Assembly (NCBI GenBank): GCA_051362555.1
Contig: CM120640.1
Location: forward strand, 7,502,001 to 7,566,000
Direction of reading: 5' to 3'
DNA length: 64,000 nucleotides
Source of the DNA: Lingula anatina
Taxonomy: Eukaryota > Animalia > Brachiopoda
Shown: positions 1 to 13,474 of the stretch, one piece after another
Layout of the letters: the number at the start of each line of letters is the position of its first letter
How positions within the stretch are numbered: the first letter of the stretch is position 1
Translations under genes and position numbers: made by a program
The notes under the pieces: model-generated
The model's input: the letters and a program-made list of their open reading frames with translations, nothing else
The model's database searches: none
What the model was told of the DNA's origin: nothing

Positions 1-327
1 TAAGGAAGGTTTTTCATAAATACAGTAAATACCCTACATCAAGGTTTAAAAGTGCCACATTTTATCTTCTGTTCTGCATTTTGCAGGCCATTTTCTAAAA
101 ATACTGTGTGGGACTGTTATAATATGACTCTTTACAAAAAATCATCTTCCTATAAAATGAAATCAGATTCATACAATTATGAATAACTTGTAAAATAGTG
201 TGTAAGGGTCATTACTTATTTAGTCCCGAAGCAGTAAACCTGTATCATAGGCACGAAACCTATCTATTCCATACAAACCACTTTAGATGCTGTGCTGTCA
301 TTCATGTTACAGTAGTGAAAGACTTAC

Positions 328-386
328 CCACAATTGTGGCAAACACAAACACACCAATAAGGTAGCTGAGAATGGTGAACACATAC
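328..386 (-). CDS. Cyclic nucleotide-gated channel (Cngl-type), internal exon encoding S6; gene continues beyond left edge
   Basis: Acceptor tccAG at 388-387 and donor GTaagt at 327. Encodes (E)YVFTILSYLIGVFVFATIV(G), the CNG S6 helix. Phase 2 matches the donor of the large exon at 15589 (GA|G = Glu). Confidence 0.9.
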
Positions 387-1300
387 CTGGAATCAAACAC
401 AAATTTCATAAGTTTTTCAAAGAAAAAAGACAATAGATAATTTACAGTGTAACTATAAATTGAATATTTGTACAATGAAAAAAAACCTGTGCATATATCT
501 GGGACTGAAGTGATCAATTTGGGATTAGTACAGAGACATTTGGTGTGTGTCAACAAGTATACATTCAAACATTCTGTGACAAATAAAATGATCATGTAAT
601 CTTATATGGTCCACCTTTGTGCAGGCTTATACAGCAAATACATGTCTGGCAGTCTCACTCAAGTGATCACTTACTGCTAATGTGTCCAGCCTATCTTGCT
701 TTAGATTGACACAATGACAAGCTGTTGACAAACTACAATTTCCTGACATGTGCATGTGGATTTCAATACCTAGGTTCCCTCTGTAGTTTAAAGTCCTGGG
801 TACCATTATTTCTATTACAATAGATTTGACTACCACAGCCTGTTATTTTGTAACGTTTTACTGTTTATACAATCTTTTTGGTTCTTGCCACAAATTCCAT
901 GAGTCTAGTTCAATTTACCATCAATATTTCATCCACCAGATATAATGGACTCACTTGGGTTTTTATTTCCTCTCCATTTGCCAAGCAAAATATAATTCAA
1001 TTGATACATTGTTACAGTACCATTAGAGATACAGACAAGAAAGTCTAAATTGCTTGGTTGCATGGAATACTTTGGTTCTCATTTTGAATTTATAGGATCC
1101 AGAAAAGTTTCTAAGGAAAATCTATTAGAAAAGAAAAAAGAAAGAAAGAGAGGAAGAAAAATTTGGGGAAAAATGTGACCAAAAATTAAAGTTGTTTCAT
1201 TGCTGACAACCCATGGATAAAAATAAATTGCAAAAAATCTGCCTGTCTGTCAGCAGCAAAAGTGCACACAGTTCGATTTCAGAGAGAGAAATAAGTCTTA

Positions 1301-1819
1301 GGCTTCGTTCACATGGAAGGTCTATTTTCTAAAAATCTATTTTCTATTCGTGGTATATCTTGTAATCACGGTCTGTGTCCTGAATATCCTGCGGCGTAAT
1401 TACTGGCAGCGCGAGCCAGTTACTTCCAAAGCTGTAATTAATTCTCGGCTGTGCTCGGAGGAGATTCTGATACCTTGACGCATGCGCAGTAGGAAGTTAG
1501 AAAGTTAATGGCGGTCGTGGTTGCTTTGAAAAATGTGTTTGTCGATTTTGTGCAACAACAAGACGAAGAAGATGAAGAAGCTATACACACGACAGATATG
1601 ATGTGACCGTCATGATCCGATGGCAAGCGATGCGGCAACGGAGGATGAGATTTTATAGAATGCGAGCACAGCCAAGAATTAATTACAGCTTTGTATAAGT
1701 AACTGGCTCGTGCTGCCAGTAATTATGCTGCAGGATATTTAGGGCACAGACCGTGATCATAAGATACCGCGAATAGAAAATAGATTTTTAGAAAATAGAC
1801 TTTCCATGTGAACGAAGCC
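1301..1819. mobile_element. Palindromic MITE family 1 (PIF/Harbinger-like), copy 1
   Basis: Termini GGCTTCGTTCACATGGAA...TTCCATGTGAACGAAGCC, long inverted arms (~150 bp), TTA on both sides. Further copies at 21220, 26984 and 32514. Confidence 0.88.
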
Positions 1820-2987
1820 TTAAGCTTTACCATTTACTAACCATCACTCTAATAACAGCTGCAAACACCAACACTTGTTGGCCATAATATATTGCATATG
1901 ATCAATTTTTCTTTAATTTTTAATCATTATGAACATTAACAATATGTGACATGCTTTGGGATGATTGCACAAATGGATGCTAAGAGGATATAAAAACAAT
2001 AAACATCGCTTTGCTGTCATCTGCATGCTCTTTTGGCTGCATTCTGTGCTTCTCCATTTAGGATCCTGTGCACAATGGTTCTGACATTTTGTCTCTAGGT
2101 ATACAACACGCCAATTTTTAAAGGCTTAATGTATATGACTGAATAGTTGCAGGCTTATTAGAAGAGTGGTCACATTTAAAACAAATTTACATTAAACCAG
2201 ATAGAGTTAGGCAAATGCTACCAAACAGCTTGTTGTACTTTTTAAAGATCAAGCTCTAAAATTAGCAAAATCCGTGCTCCTAGCCATGGACATACTGTAT
2301 TTTCTTATCTAAATGACAACATGGCTAAATTATACATAAAAGCAAAGGCTCAATATTATAATAAACATTTATAGATAGTAATATCAGGGTAGAACTTGAA
2401 CCATCACTGTGAGGGTGCAATTACAGTAGTCCCTTCATGATTTGACCATCTGCTGACAACATTTAGGCTACGTATTTTTGCTTTAACTTGGACGTGCAGT
2501 GAATGCATCCTTAGAAAAATGGACAATCAATGGCTTCAGAGTTAATTTACAGCCATAAAGACATTCTTCTGGAATTCAATTTGCCATGTCATCTGGGGAA
2601 ACAGTATGAAAACATGGTAACCTTTCAAAATTGCCACATTTTCCAGCTTTGTGCACAGAGTGAATAGGGAAAGGTAATTTGTGTAAGCAAAATATCTTCA
2701 GCATCATGAAGAGACATCTACCACATGACCTTAGGAAAAGTTTGGGTTTATGATAAAATAAAACATGAAACAACATCAGAATTTTCAAAATATGTATAAC
2801 CTGTATAATTTTGCACTTCTATTAGTAAACATTTTATTTCAAAGTGTGAATTAAAAATTTAATGAAAAAGAAAGATCTGATCACTATAAATTCAAATATA
2901 CAAACATTGCTAATATAATTTGGCTTACAATTCAGTATTATTTGGCAGCAACCAGTGTACAAAACAAGTTCATTAAATGTACCAAAA

Positions 2988-2989
<2 letters not shown>

Positions 2990-3047
<58 letters not shown>
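2990..3047. repeat. (TA)n microsatellite
   Basis: Uninterrupted TA dinucleotide run. Confidence 0.97.
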
Positions 3048-3052
<5 letters not shown>

Positions 3053-4025
3053 TCATGTTCACATGTGAAAAAAGTATATATAAATAGGCCAGTAAACATT
3101 TATAGCTAAAACACAAATTTGACTAACAAAATTTATCAGACAGAACAACAATCCCACATCAAAGATGCACCTTTTTAAATACTTAGCCAAGTGTCCAAAA
3201 TGAAAATGAAATAGCTCTTTTTTTTCATATAGGCTTTTGATACTGAATGTCAGCATAATGTCACTAAAGAGTGATTTTAAAACATATCTGAAGCAAAAGG
3301 CAATGGTTACACTATGCTTATAAAATGCAAATATCTGAATAAAAAATGACTATAAAAACAACCTCCACTTCATTTACTTTAAGGCCTATTTCCAATGTGC
3401 AATCAAAAGATAAGGTGCAACTAAGAATGCAGAATAAAAAACTACTATCCATGCAACACTGGGGATTCCAATTCTCAGAATAATCTGAACAAAAGAACAA
3501 AAATATCATGCAAATAAATAAAGCATGGTGTTCATTTAGAACTGTAGCCATTGAGCTTGGGACACATAAAGGACACATAAAGCCTGCAAAGGGAAGTTAA
3601 TATCGAAATTGATCCAAACCAATTTCCAAGGCATTATGACGACTACAGCCAATGTATAAGTTTTGCTTCTTCCTTTGTTCTATACTGTAACTCAAACAAA
3701 ACATAAGAATAGGGCCAAACTAACAGAGGCATTGGGAGTGGAGGAAAAGGAAGATTGTGGAATCAAGAAATATTTTGATTTCTGATTATATCAGATAACA
3801 GTTTTATGAAATCAATAGAATTCCCTTAATTAACTGCTGTGCAACAGTGCGACATAGAGTTGTAAGAACCTGCGTGGGAGTTGCCACAGAAAGCATCCCC
3901 CTTTACCAAAGCCTCTGTAAATATTAAATATACAACATTTAAAATTACCAGTACAGGGGCATTCGATGAAATGAACTGAAAAATAAAAAAAAGAAAATCC
4001 ATTTGGTTAGAACACTGAGCTGCTA

Positions 4026-4061
<36 letters not shown>

Positions 4062-4549
4062 CTTATATACCTTAACTAGAAATTTTAGAGAGGTGGGGCA
4101 GGGCCACCTGATGAGTAAGTACCACCAGCCACTTGACACCATGTGTATCTTGTTTTTAACTTGACTCAAAAAACTACGAAGTAAATCCATAAGGTGAAAG
4201 GTAAAAATGCTGGTTGATCAGTTATCACAACAATGTAACTAAAATGCATTCATTTTAAACTTTTTTTCAAGTTATATTGCCAAAAATATATTTAGTCTAA
4301 GTTGCTCTACTTCAGTAAATGACTAAAGCTTAGTCCTCCTCGTTGTAGGCTATGATTTTCTTAAATCTTATTTTGAGCTCACTTTTAAGACCACAAAATA
4401 GGTTTCGGGGCTTTGAGATTCTTTGTGCAACACAACTTATTTTTGAAACTGAAAATTCCTGGTAGTCTTTGCTGTATGCAATTATTGACTTTTAAAAGTT
4501 CTTTTTTGCTGATAAAAGACTTATTTTACAAATTTTGCACGATTTTCTG

Positions 4550-4745
4550 GCCCCAGTTTCACAAAAAAAAAAAAAAAAAAAAAAAAACACTTAGGTCTGT
4601 TCCCTGGCTTAGCTGACTAGGATTTCCAAGAGACTGCTGTTACACTGCTCCTGATAGGGTAAGATGTGCCCTTATGACCATGTAACCTTGATAATTAAGT
4701 TCTTAGCCAGGGAACCTGACTTAAGTTTTTTTGTGAAACCAGGGC
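4550..4745. mobile_element. Small MITE with CTG target duplication (PHIS/Harbinger group)
   Basis: GCCCCAGTTTCACAAAA...CTTAGGTCTGTTCCCTGGCTTAG pairs with CTTAGCCAGGGAACCTGACTTAAGTTTTTTTGTGAAACCAGGGC. CTG flanks both ends. Confidence 0.7.
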
Positions 4746-5674
4746 CTGTATGGCCAAAGAGAAAAAGAAAATGTTTCTGTTTTGTCTCACTGAAATGGCT
4801 GGTGGAACATTCCTTGAAGGCAGCTTTTGGCTCTTGCTACCGTGAGTAAATAAAATTGTTTAAAAAAATTTACATCTCTTATTGGTGAAAACAATTTATA
4901 AAATAATCTTAAAATGAAAAAAAAAGCAAAAATAATTATTAATTAAAAATCTAATATAATTTGTACATAAAACCATGCACATTCTTGCAGAAGAAAAAAG
5001 CATTTAAAATGAAACTGAAGCCTCCTTGGATGTACCACAATTAGAGTGCTGATAGAACACATCATCAAAAAATTTCAATAACAATAAAAGTGACAGGAAA
5101 TTGAATCTAAATCTAGTAAAGAACGATGTTCAGGTATGATGGTCCTGGAAAGTGGAACTTAATGTCGACACCTTACGAGGACTTCAATCAGAATGATTGA
5201 ATATTATAGGTTTTGCATGACAGCGTAGGACAAGTTCATTAAGAATGGAATCTAAGTAAATATTGTTTAATGGACCAATAGATCCCTCAGTGATAGATCA
5301 ATCTATCTGACACATCAAAAGATCCCCCACAGATGAAAGCTTTTTTCTTTTAAGTATTTCCCGAATTGGTGTCATATGATAAAACCTACACATTTATTAC
5401 TTTACATCATGTTTTTACTGTAGTTGGAGAATAATACTTTCTAAATGCATAAAATTTTGCTCTTCTAAACTATGAGTTATCTGGATGGGATGTATTTGTC
5501 TATTGTTTTACACGATGCTGTAGAAAAAGTTTAATTTGCATACTTTAAATACATGCAAAAAAAAAAAAAAGACTGACTGACTGCTTAACTAAGAAAAATG
5601 TAATTGCTTTTCAAATCAATTAAGGCATGCATGTGCTGCAACATTCCAAAAGATGTAAAAATGCCAATTTGGCA

Positions 5675-5677
5675 AAA

Positions 5678-5712
<35 letters not shown>

Positions 5713-5715
5713 ATA
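5675..5715. repeat. (AAAT)n microsatellite
   Basis: About 10 AAAT units. Confidence 0.95.
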
Positions 5716-7196
5716 GCCATCCGATTCCCTTGTCTGCAGGCTTAATACATCATTGGTGAGAAAGAGCATCGCAAGTTTTAATCCTGATACATTACAGTCC
5801 TGATCATGGGAGCATCGATCATAGATAACTAATGATTCATCATTTACAACATCCACTAGACTTGACTTGATATAAAAGCATTCAGCATTGTGTGACAGCA
5901 TTCTATTTGAAGTGAAAACAAAAACATTTCTATTCTTTTCAAAATGTGCACCAGTAAGAGTAGGTGGGGAAAATTCTACTCTTTTTGTTAACATAGTATT
6001 ACACATTTCCCCTAGTCTGAGTTATTGAGTCGAGCTAAAGAATGGTAGTGGATATGAAGATAAAACAAAGAGTAATTGGAAACAATTATATAGTTTTCTA
6101 AAAATTGTTGCATTGTAAATGCTTATTTTCTTTTTGTTTAGTAGACCAAAAGAAAAGGAATTAACCATCTAATGACCCCATCTAAAAACATGATATGATA
6201 TATCATAGTACAGTGTAATTAGATAGGAATACAGACAGTAAATGTTGTTCTCACACACATGAAGTATCATCTAAAGGTATCTTATGACAGAAAGCAAACT
6301 TGACAGTTATCATTCAACCATACATTATGCTTTAGATGTAAAATGAGCATTTTCAGTCAAATCATGCTTGGTACAATAAACAGAGGTATAATATATAGGT
6401 TTAAAAAACATTAATCCAACACTTGTTTAACAATCCAACATGCCAGCATTGGCCCATCTTTCATACATGAATAACAAGCCTTTACCAAACCTCTCTAGAT
6501 GTAAAATTCTTTATCAGTATACATTATTTCATAAACACATATGTACCAGCAGACTAGTTGTCACAGATGCTAGGATATAGGGACTGATCAAAGCCTTCAA
6601 ACAAAAAAGGCATACAGGTATACGTGTAAAAGGCACTAGCTTAAACAGTTACAATAGTATTTTTGCTGAAGATCAGTTTAAATTGATCCTATCTGGCTAG
6701 AGACGGTGAAAGCAGAACATGGCAAGGTCTCATAAATGATATTTACCATTTGTGATATGGAGCTATAAATTAGCCATTTTAATCACTAAATTAACGAATT
6801 GAACTTCAATTTATGGTCTGATTGATATTAGTTTTTTTTTTCTTCTGATTGATATAAGTTGCTTTGGCACTCAATGCTTGGACTCCGCAAGTGACAAGTA
6901 ACTGAAAATTCCTTGAACAAATGTTTCCATCTACATAGATGGATATATTTTCTATTAATTAACATTATAATTTAAAAATAAATCAAAAGAAAAAAAACTT
7001 ATGTATTCATAAAATCTTATATCCTTCCTGCATATTGCAATCATGATACTGGAGAAAATCACTCTCCATAGTCTCCAGCACATGCAAAATCAGTTTATGT
7101 GCAGAATGACAGGTGACGGGACTTGCAGTTCAAAGTTTAGAACACGATACAGTCAGTTACACAAACAGACCATGAAGTTGCAGTTCAAATCATTAA

Positions 7197-7533
7197 AGGG
7201 ATAATAACTCTTCGTTTTGGCCAAAAAATGAATTTTCCTGGAGTAAACAACAATTTTCTCATACTTACCAATGGTTAATGAATCCATTTTTACATTCAAA
7301 GTTAGTCCCTGGTTTTTTTCTAAAAAGTTTGGCTTTTTGTTAAAATCTCTTAAGAGATTATAACAGAGTACAGCCATCAATAGAAGTCACGTGATCTGAA
7401 GACAAGCTCAGATATCAGAATAATAGCTATAACTGCTGGTTTTGTGGTAAAACAGAATATATTATACTTCTATGAGTTGTTCACAATGTTTTTATTGTGA
7501 AATAAAGATATAATACGAAGAGTTATTATCCCT
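7197..7533. mobile_element. Non-autonomous DNA transposon with TTAA target site (Kolobok-like termini)
   Basis: TTAA|AGGGATAATAACTCTTCGT ... ACGAAGAGTTATTATCCCT|TTAA: perfect 19-bp terminal inverted repeats flanked by TTAA. Confidence 0.75.
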
Positions 7534-7678
7534 TTAATTTAGTGACAGAAATCACTAATCCATGGCTCCAAGTCACAAAGTGCAATTTTTAAGGCCTGCA
7601 TGATTGCAGGGGATTATAAACACTACACGTACCTATGCACCAACTCTTCTATGCACCAACTCTTCTAAGGGCACAGAG

Positions 7679-7824
7679 TAAACTTTAGTTTTCAAATTTT
7701 AGGGAATCAGCACTCAATCTATACACTACAGATATGTTAAAATCAATAACAACCCTATCAACACTATAGGAACAATTGATTATAAGGAAAAAAGCGGGTT
7801 ATAAAATACTCCACCTCAATATGC
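7679..7824 (+). repeat. Dispersed direct repeat, copy 1 (copy 2 at ~10161-10304)
   Basis: TAAACTTTAGTTTTCAAATTTTAGGGAATCAGCACTCAATC...AAATCAATAACAACCCTATCAACACTATAGGAACAAT is colinear with 10161 onward, with moderate divergence. Confidence 0.8.
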
Positions 7825-8941
7825 GACTAGACAGCAAAGCTGGTAAATATACGGACATCATACAGGAAACAAGGCAGCAAAGCTGTCAAATGTTCAGACA
7901 TAAGCCAGAAAAAAGTGCACAAAATAATGTTTTGGCCTATTTTGTTGCACTGTTACATAATGCTTTAAAACAGCATAATCACTCTTACCCTCTTACATTA
8001 TGTACTACAGGTAACATGGACATTAGAAAATAAGCAACTGATTCAGTTCTATGGAATATAAAAAAGAAAATGCTTATGTGTGAAATATAAAAAATTCACA
8101 TGACAAAACCAGAATAATTACAGTAAATGTACACTGATCATACTGATTTTTGAAAGCAACCTGCTTCTTTACCAAACAAAGCCACTCAGTAAATTTAAAG
8201 TAAAACAGGCTAGGGTTATCCGGACATAAGTGGGTCAAAATCTAAGGTGAGGCTTGCCTATGCAAAATTAGTGGGAACCTGACTCTCTATCATGGGTCAC
8301 TCTCTGTCATGTCATACCGGACACATTACTTGCTTTTCCACTGAAAAATTTCCACATGATACAATATCCAGTCAAACAAGTACATCAATTTAGTACATGT
8401 TACAGCTGGAACATGCACTTCATCATGGAGATTCTCATTCCGTCATTTAAATAATGTATTCTGATGCAAGAATGTTTTACACCGATAAAAAGCATGCTGG
8501 GACAAATAATTTATTCACTACATCCCAAACACTAAAATTTGTTTCAATCTATTTGATTTTAAAACTTGCAATTGTCAGTTTGAAGACTGCTGGCTTGGTT
8601 CATGACTTCCTTTCCATGTACAAAATGCTATTTTCTCTTACTCAATGTCCATCATTTGACTCATCTCTCCATTTGGATTGATTGTTTAAATACCACTTAA
8701 ATTGGATATATTAGTGTTCAGGTACCATTTTGATTGCTACCTTTCTTCCTAACATTTTGCTAAACACGTACAATGCAGAATTGGGAACAAAAAAGAAATG
8801 GCCAATTGGTTTTTGATTTAGCTTGTTTATTGAATGCCATTACACTCTTGCTAAATATGTTGGAAAATAAAAAAAAAAAAAAAGATTTTACAACTAGGTG
8901 CCCACTTCATACATACATATACCAGCATGTGTAAAAGCATT

Positions 8942-9023
8942 CTATTTAATTGCCAGCCAGACCAGACATTGCAGGCATTTATCTTTAGCAGAGCTAAGGG
9001 TTAAATACAAGGGATTGCAACTG
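8942..9023 (+). promoter_or_regulatory. Putative TATA-like element and non-coding first exon of the nested peptide gene
   Basis: CTATTTAAT at ~8942, then a consensus donor CTG|GTAAGT at 9023/9024 that can pair with acceptor ccttgcAG at 9382. Confidence 0.4.
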
Positions 9024-9418
9024 GTAAGTAACAGATGTAATCTATACGGGCTTTTAAGTTACTTTCAGAGATAGATTTTAGCACAATTTGCTTTTGGTAT
9101 ATTACATTGTTGTAAAAATAATCAAACACTTATAATAGCAAATGTCAACTTCTTTTTCATGAGTAACCAAACTACAAATAACACCTTGTCTCAATTTAAG
9201 GTCTTACCCTTGGCTTACTGCATTCAGTGGTACATGATAGGGAAAAAGGAAAAATATAAAAAAATCCAAAAAGTTGTAAGTCGTGGATTTACTTACACAT
9301 TTAGACATGCAAGTACTAATAAAATTAATTTTTTTTCTGTGCTCATATTTTTGAAGTGGCCATGCAATGAATGTCCTTGCAGGTCATATTTCAACAGAAG
9401 CAAGACGTGCAGCACAAA

Positions 9419-9748
9419 ATGAAGACATCTGCGTTACTTCTGGTGGTCTTTGTGGCCTTTCTTACCGTAACTGTAGAAAGTGCAGTGACTGAAAGGTATT
9501 TTAATTACAGAAGCAAGATGATTTTTTGATGTAAATGTTTAAAAATGTCAAAAAAAGTCAAAATATCTCTCAGGTTGCTTACAGAAAATATGGGAAGATG
9601 GTGTAATTTAGCTTTTCATGTCACACCTTTAATTAGGTTCTTACCAAACGTAGAAGATGGTGCCATGTTTCGGAGGCCACTGAAGCGTGTACGTAGAGAC
9701 TGCTGCTATAGACCCCCATACTGGCCAATTTGTTGCCCTTATTTTTGA
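9419..9748 (+). CDS. Nested gene: secreted cysteine-rich peptide precursor (prepro-CC-CC peptide), join(9419..9495,9637..9748), 62 aa
   Basis: Exon A encodes MKTSALLLVVFVAFLTVTVESAVTE (signal peptide-like) and ends AG|GTATTT in phase 2. Exon B follows cacacctttaattAG (9636) in phase 2 and gives RFLPNVEDGAMFRRPLKRVRR-DCCYRPPYWPICCPYF*. An alternative in-frame acceptor lies at 9573. AATAAA at 10057. Confidence 0.75.
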
Positions 9749-10160
9749 GAAATCTTTCATCCAGTTTGCTTGCACATCCACGAGTTATTTGGATGCAGCT
9801 GCTAGCACATTTTGAAGAGGAACAATATGCGGTACTTTGCAAAGACTCATTTTTCACTATTACACAGGGATATTCCTGGGAACAAGCTTAACTTAAATTT
9901 ATTTGTATTCAGTCATAGTTTTCATCTTTCACTTTACTGCATTTCACTTTATTGCAATACCATATGCTATATAGCTATTTCAGAATAAGGCCAACATCTT
10001 TGGGATAGTTAGAAAACAAGAAACTAGTTATACTGTTTTACTTGCTTAAAAAGTAAAATAAAATCTAACTGCTTAAAAATACTGAAATCTGAGTTTTTAT
10101 TAGCATATCTTATTTATTACTTTTCAATAATGTCAGCATTTTACAGGGTTTCAGACATAG

Positions 10161-10304
10161 TAAACTTCAGTTTTCAAATTTAAGGGAATCACCACTCAAT
10201 CAGTACACTAGAGATTTGATTAAATCAATAACAACCTTATAAACACTATATGAACAATCCAATAAAAGAAAAAGTGTTTTAAAACATCCCACCCCAATAA
10301 TGCA
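10161..10304 (+). repeat. Dispersed direct repeat, copy 2
   Basis: Homologous to 7679-7824. Confidence 0.8.
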
Positions 10305-10555
10305 AAAATGAAGCAACACATCTAGGTCACGTGGTCAGGTGTCATCACACAAGCCACAGGGGACAGAGCCAGCATTTTAAGCTATCAAACTGAGCTTACA
10401 AACTGCTGATAACAGCCCACACCCATATACTTTTCTTACTTGAGGGGTTTAAATCTTTGTTAAGCCATTTTCCACTACATTTAATTCTTTAACCAGTATT
10501 TAATTACCACCTCTTCTAGTATAAACAGAGATTTGCAATACATAGGTCCATTTGA

Positions 10556-10580
10556 AGAAAACAAAACAAAACAAAACAAA

Positions 10581-10632
<52 letters not shown>

Positions 10633-10645
10633 TAAAAAATAATAA
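10556..10645. repeat. Compound microsatellite (AAAAC)n(AAAT)n(AAT)n
   Basis: Directly visible. Confidence 0.92.
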
Positions 10646-12890
10646 ACTAGAAGATATATTCACAAATTCTATTTTTTTTTTAAACTCTGGTGACAGAAGG
10701 TGATAAATCTGGCTTTTTGTGTACTGAAACAGACATTTTCCGATTCATGCCTCGCAGATATGCATAGTTTTCATATTCAGTTATGAAGGTTTAAGTAACC
10801 AAATATTATTTAATAATAACAATACTTTTGTATGATATTAGCACGTTTCTAATGCCAACAAAAATTACACTGCGTTAAAGGGGTATTACAGAATGCACCT
10901 TAATTTTACTAATGCATCTGTGTGCTCAACGTCAAGTATATTTTTCAGTGCTTAGTAACAAAGATTTACCTTCCAAGAGAATGAAGTGTTGCCATGTTTT
11001 GTGTATAACATTTAAATGTTCCCTGTCACCATATCGTCTTGCTAATCATGGACATAACTGAATTAAAGATATTTTATTGCTAAAATATTACAAAAATACC
11101 TAAGAACTAAAAATAATGGTCCTTATCAAAAGATGTCACGAAGGTTTTTTCAATTTTTAAATGCCAGGCAACCCTGCGAAAGTAGCCACAAGCTATTTAT
11201 TGCATTTTTTAAAATAAACATCCAGGACATTTTCTGAGATGTTAGACAACATACTTGCTTCTTAACAAGTTACACTTCTTAACAAGTTACAAACTTTCTA
11301 CATTAGTAAGAAAAAAACTAGATCATTGAGAATGTGAGATGGTGCTGTGAGCGCCAATAACGGAGATTTTAAATGCAGCCCATTTATTTTTTACTGTGTC
11401 AGAACTGATAAATCCAGTAAGTAAATTTTAATTGATTTAAGTTGCTTGACTGACATAAATTCTAGTTATACTGCTCACATACTTTTGATAAAATAAAAAA
11501 GTTAGATGGACCTACTCAATATTTATTTAGAATCTGTGAAAATCACGCAGTCCGATGACTTCATTTTAATCATTTGGTATTCAGGAAATCAAATGGAATA
11601 CATACCAGTTTGAACCATTTCACAGTTCAAAGAGTCTGAAAGTGACCCTAGCAGTCAGTATCATGACAAATCTGAGGTTGACCGAAGGGATTTCTCCAAA
11701 GTCCTACTTTGATAAAGAAATAATTATTTGGGCATGTTTCCTGAAGGATATGCTCCATTCAAGCCATTCTGATGGTCTGACTGAAACCCTTTAACAACCA
11801 CTTTTCTAGCAAGACAGCAATGACATCACCTCAAGTAGCCCAGACACCCAAAGACAGATCAATTATTTCTTTCAGTGATTTTGATATTCCTGGATAACTT
11901 AAAAATTCATAAGGAATTTTCCATCCTTCATTTCAGTAGGTTTAGTCTTAACACTGTAGTTAGCAATTAAAAAGGTACAAAGAAGGTAGGATCTTTTTCT
12001 GAAAAAGTGAACGCTTTAACTCCCTTATTTGACCCAACTTAAAAAAATGGCATAAAATCAAAGTTTGATTCAGAGGACTTTCCTATCTGAAAGAGTGGTA
12101 CTTTCAAACTGCCATAACCCCCCTGCCTGTTAGCCTGAGGATACAACTTGATCAATATTCCTTAGGGTGTCCAATGATGAAGAATGTGGCTTGAAACCTG
12201 TCAACTATTACCAACAAGACTGAAAACTTATCAATGTTCTGTCAATTCTGTCCAATAATTGCTTGGCCTCATTCAATATTCCACAAAACCTTCTCACTCC
12301 TACTAATTTGTTATGATTATAGTTATCGTTTGGTTGTCAGAAATGTCAACTTCAGCTATTTGATTGACAAACAGTTTTGAATGGCTGTGGCATTTGTGGC
12401 AGGTTACCAGGAAAAGTCCCATGAAAATAAAAGCATTACAGTTAAGTTTACACCACAGGTATCATTTTCGATATATAGCACTGTGGCCATTACCATTTCT
12501 GCAGCAATAACGGGGAAACTAACTGCCATAGACAAAAAGGAAAATGAAAGCAAATTGAATATACATGTGGAATGGTCATGTAAAATGGGGTGACTATCCC
12601 CATAATTTGATAGGGGAATACTAGTGCCATGGTAATAAAAAATCAAAAGTGTTGTGTATTATACCAGAACTGCATTTTGAGTGTAGCTTATGATTATGTA
12701 ACGGTTTGTCCTCCAAGAGTTTTTGAGTATCATGCCACATTTACTAGCTGTCTCAAATCATTTTTGCAATATGAGTGTTGCGGTTTTTTAATGCTGAACA
12801 GGTACTGTTCCTATTATGAATAGTATTGCATCTAAGATTTGAATCAATCATGGCAGTTCCCTTGAAAAATTCCATTTTGTGAATGTTTTA

Positions 12891-13474
12891 GGCCGCATTC
12901 ACATCAATAAGAGCTGAGGCTCAATAAAGCCGAGACTTAAACATGGCGGACGTACATGAAAGGAAAATTGCCTAATCTTTTAATAGTCTCTCCGCCTCTC
13001 ACACGCCTCCCCACGCGTCGTCCTTGCGGGGGTACAGTCATTAAATCTCGGCCACATTCGCCCGAAGCTACCTGAGAAAAATTAAGTGCGCATGCTCATT
13101 GGTCTTGGGTCAGCTGACATTATCTCCATAGATAGCCGATTCATTGCTGCTCTATGGGCCAATTCATAAATTCCTTTTTCATCTCTGTTTTGAAAGATAA
13201 TAGAACAGAAGAACTTTTTTCCTTCGACCGCCTCCAGGCACCATGCTTTCTTCACCTCGAGTTTAATTGATGAGCATGCGCACTTAATATTTCTCAGGTA
13301 GCTTCCGGGCGAATGGAGATTTAATGACTGTACCCCCGCAGGGACGACGCATGGGGAGGCGTGTGAGAGGCGGAGAGACTATTAAAAGATTAGGCGGTTC
13401 TCCTTTCATGTACGTCCTCCATATTTAGGTCTCGGTTTTGTTGAGCTTCGGCTCTTCTCGATGTGAATGCCGCC
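12891..13474. mobile_element. Palindromic MITE family 2, long copy
   Basis: TTA|GGCCGCATTCACATC...GATGTGAATGCCGCC|TTA, with ~210-bp inverted arms containing ATGGCGGACGTACATGAAAGG...CTCTCCGCCTCTCACACGCCTCCCCA. Confidence 0.87.

Noticed and set aside
1438-1638. 66-aa ORF with SSSSSSCCC
   Set aside because: Lies inside a MITE; no signal peptide or splice support.
9545-9748. 67-aa ORF taken as a single-exon gene from its own ATG
   Set aside because: Its N-terminus lacks a signal peptide and lies in AT-rich intron-like sequence; the spliced model from 9419 explains it better.
11611-11712. Short exon-like stretch FKESESDPSSQYHDKSEVDRRDFSKVLL*
   Set aside because: No partner exon or recognisable motif found.
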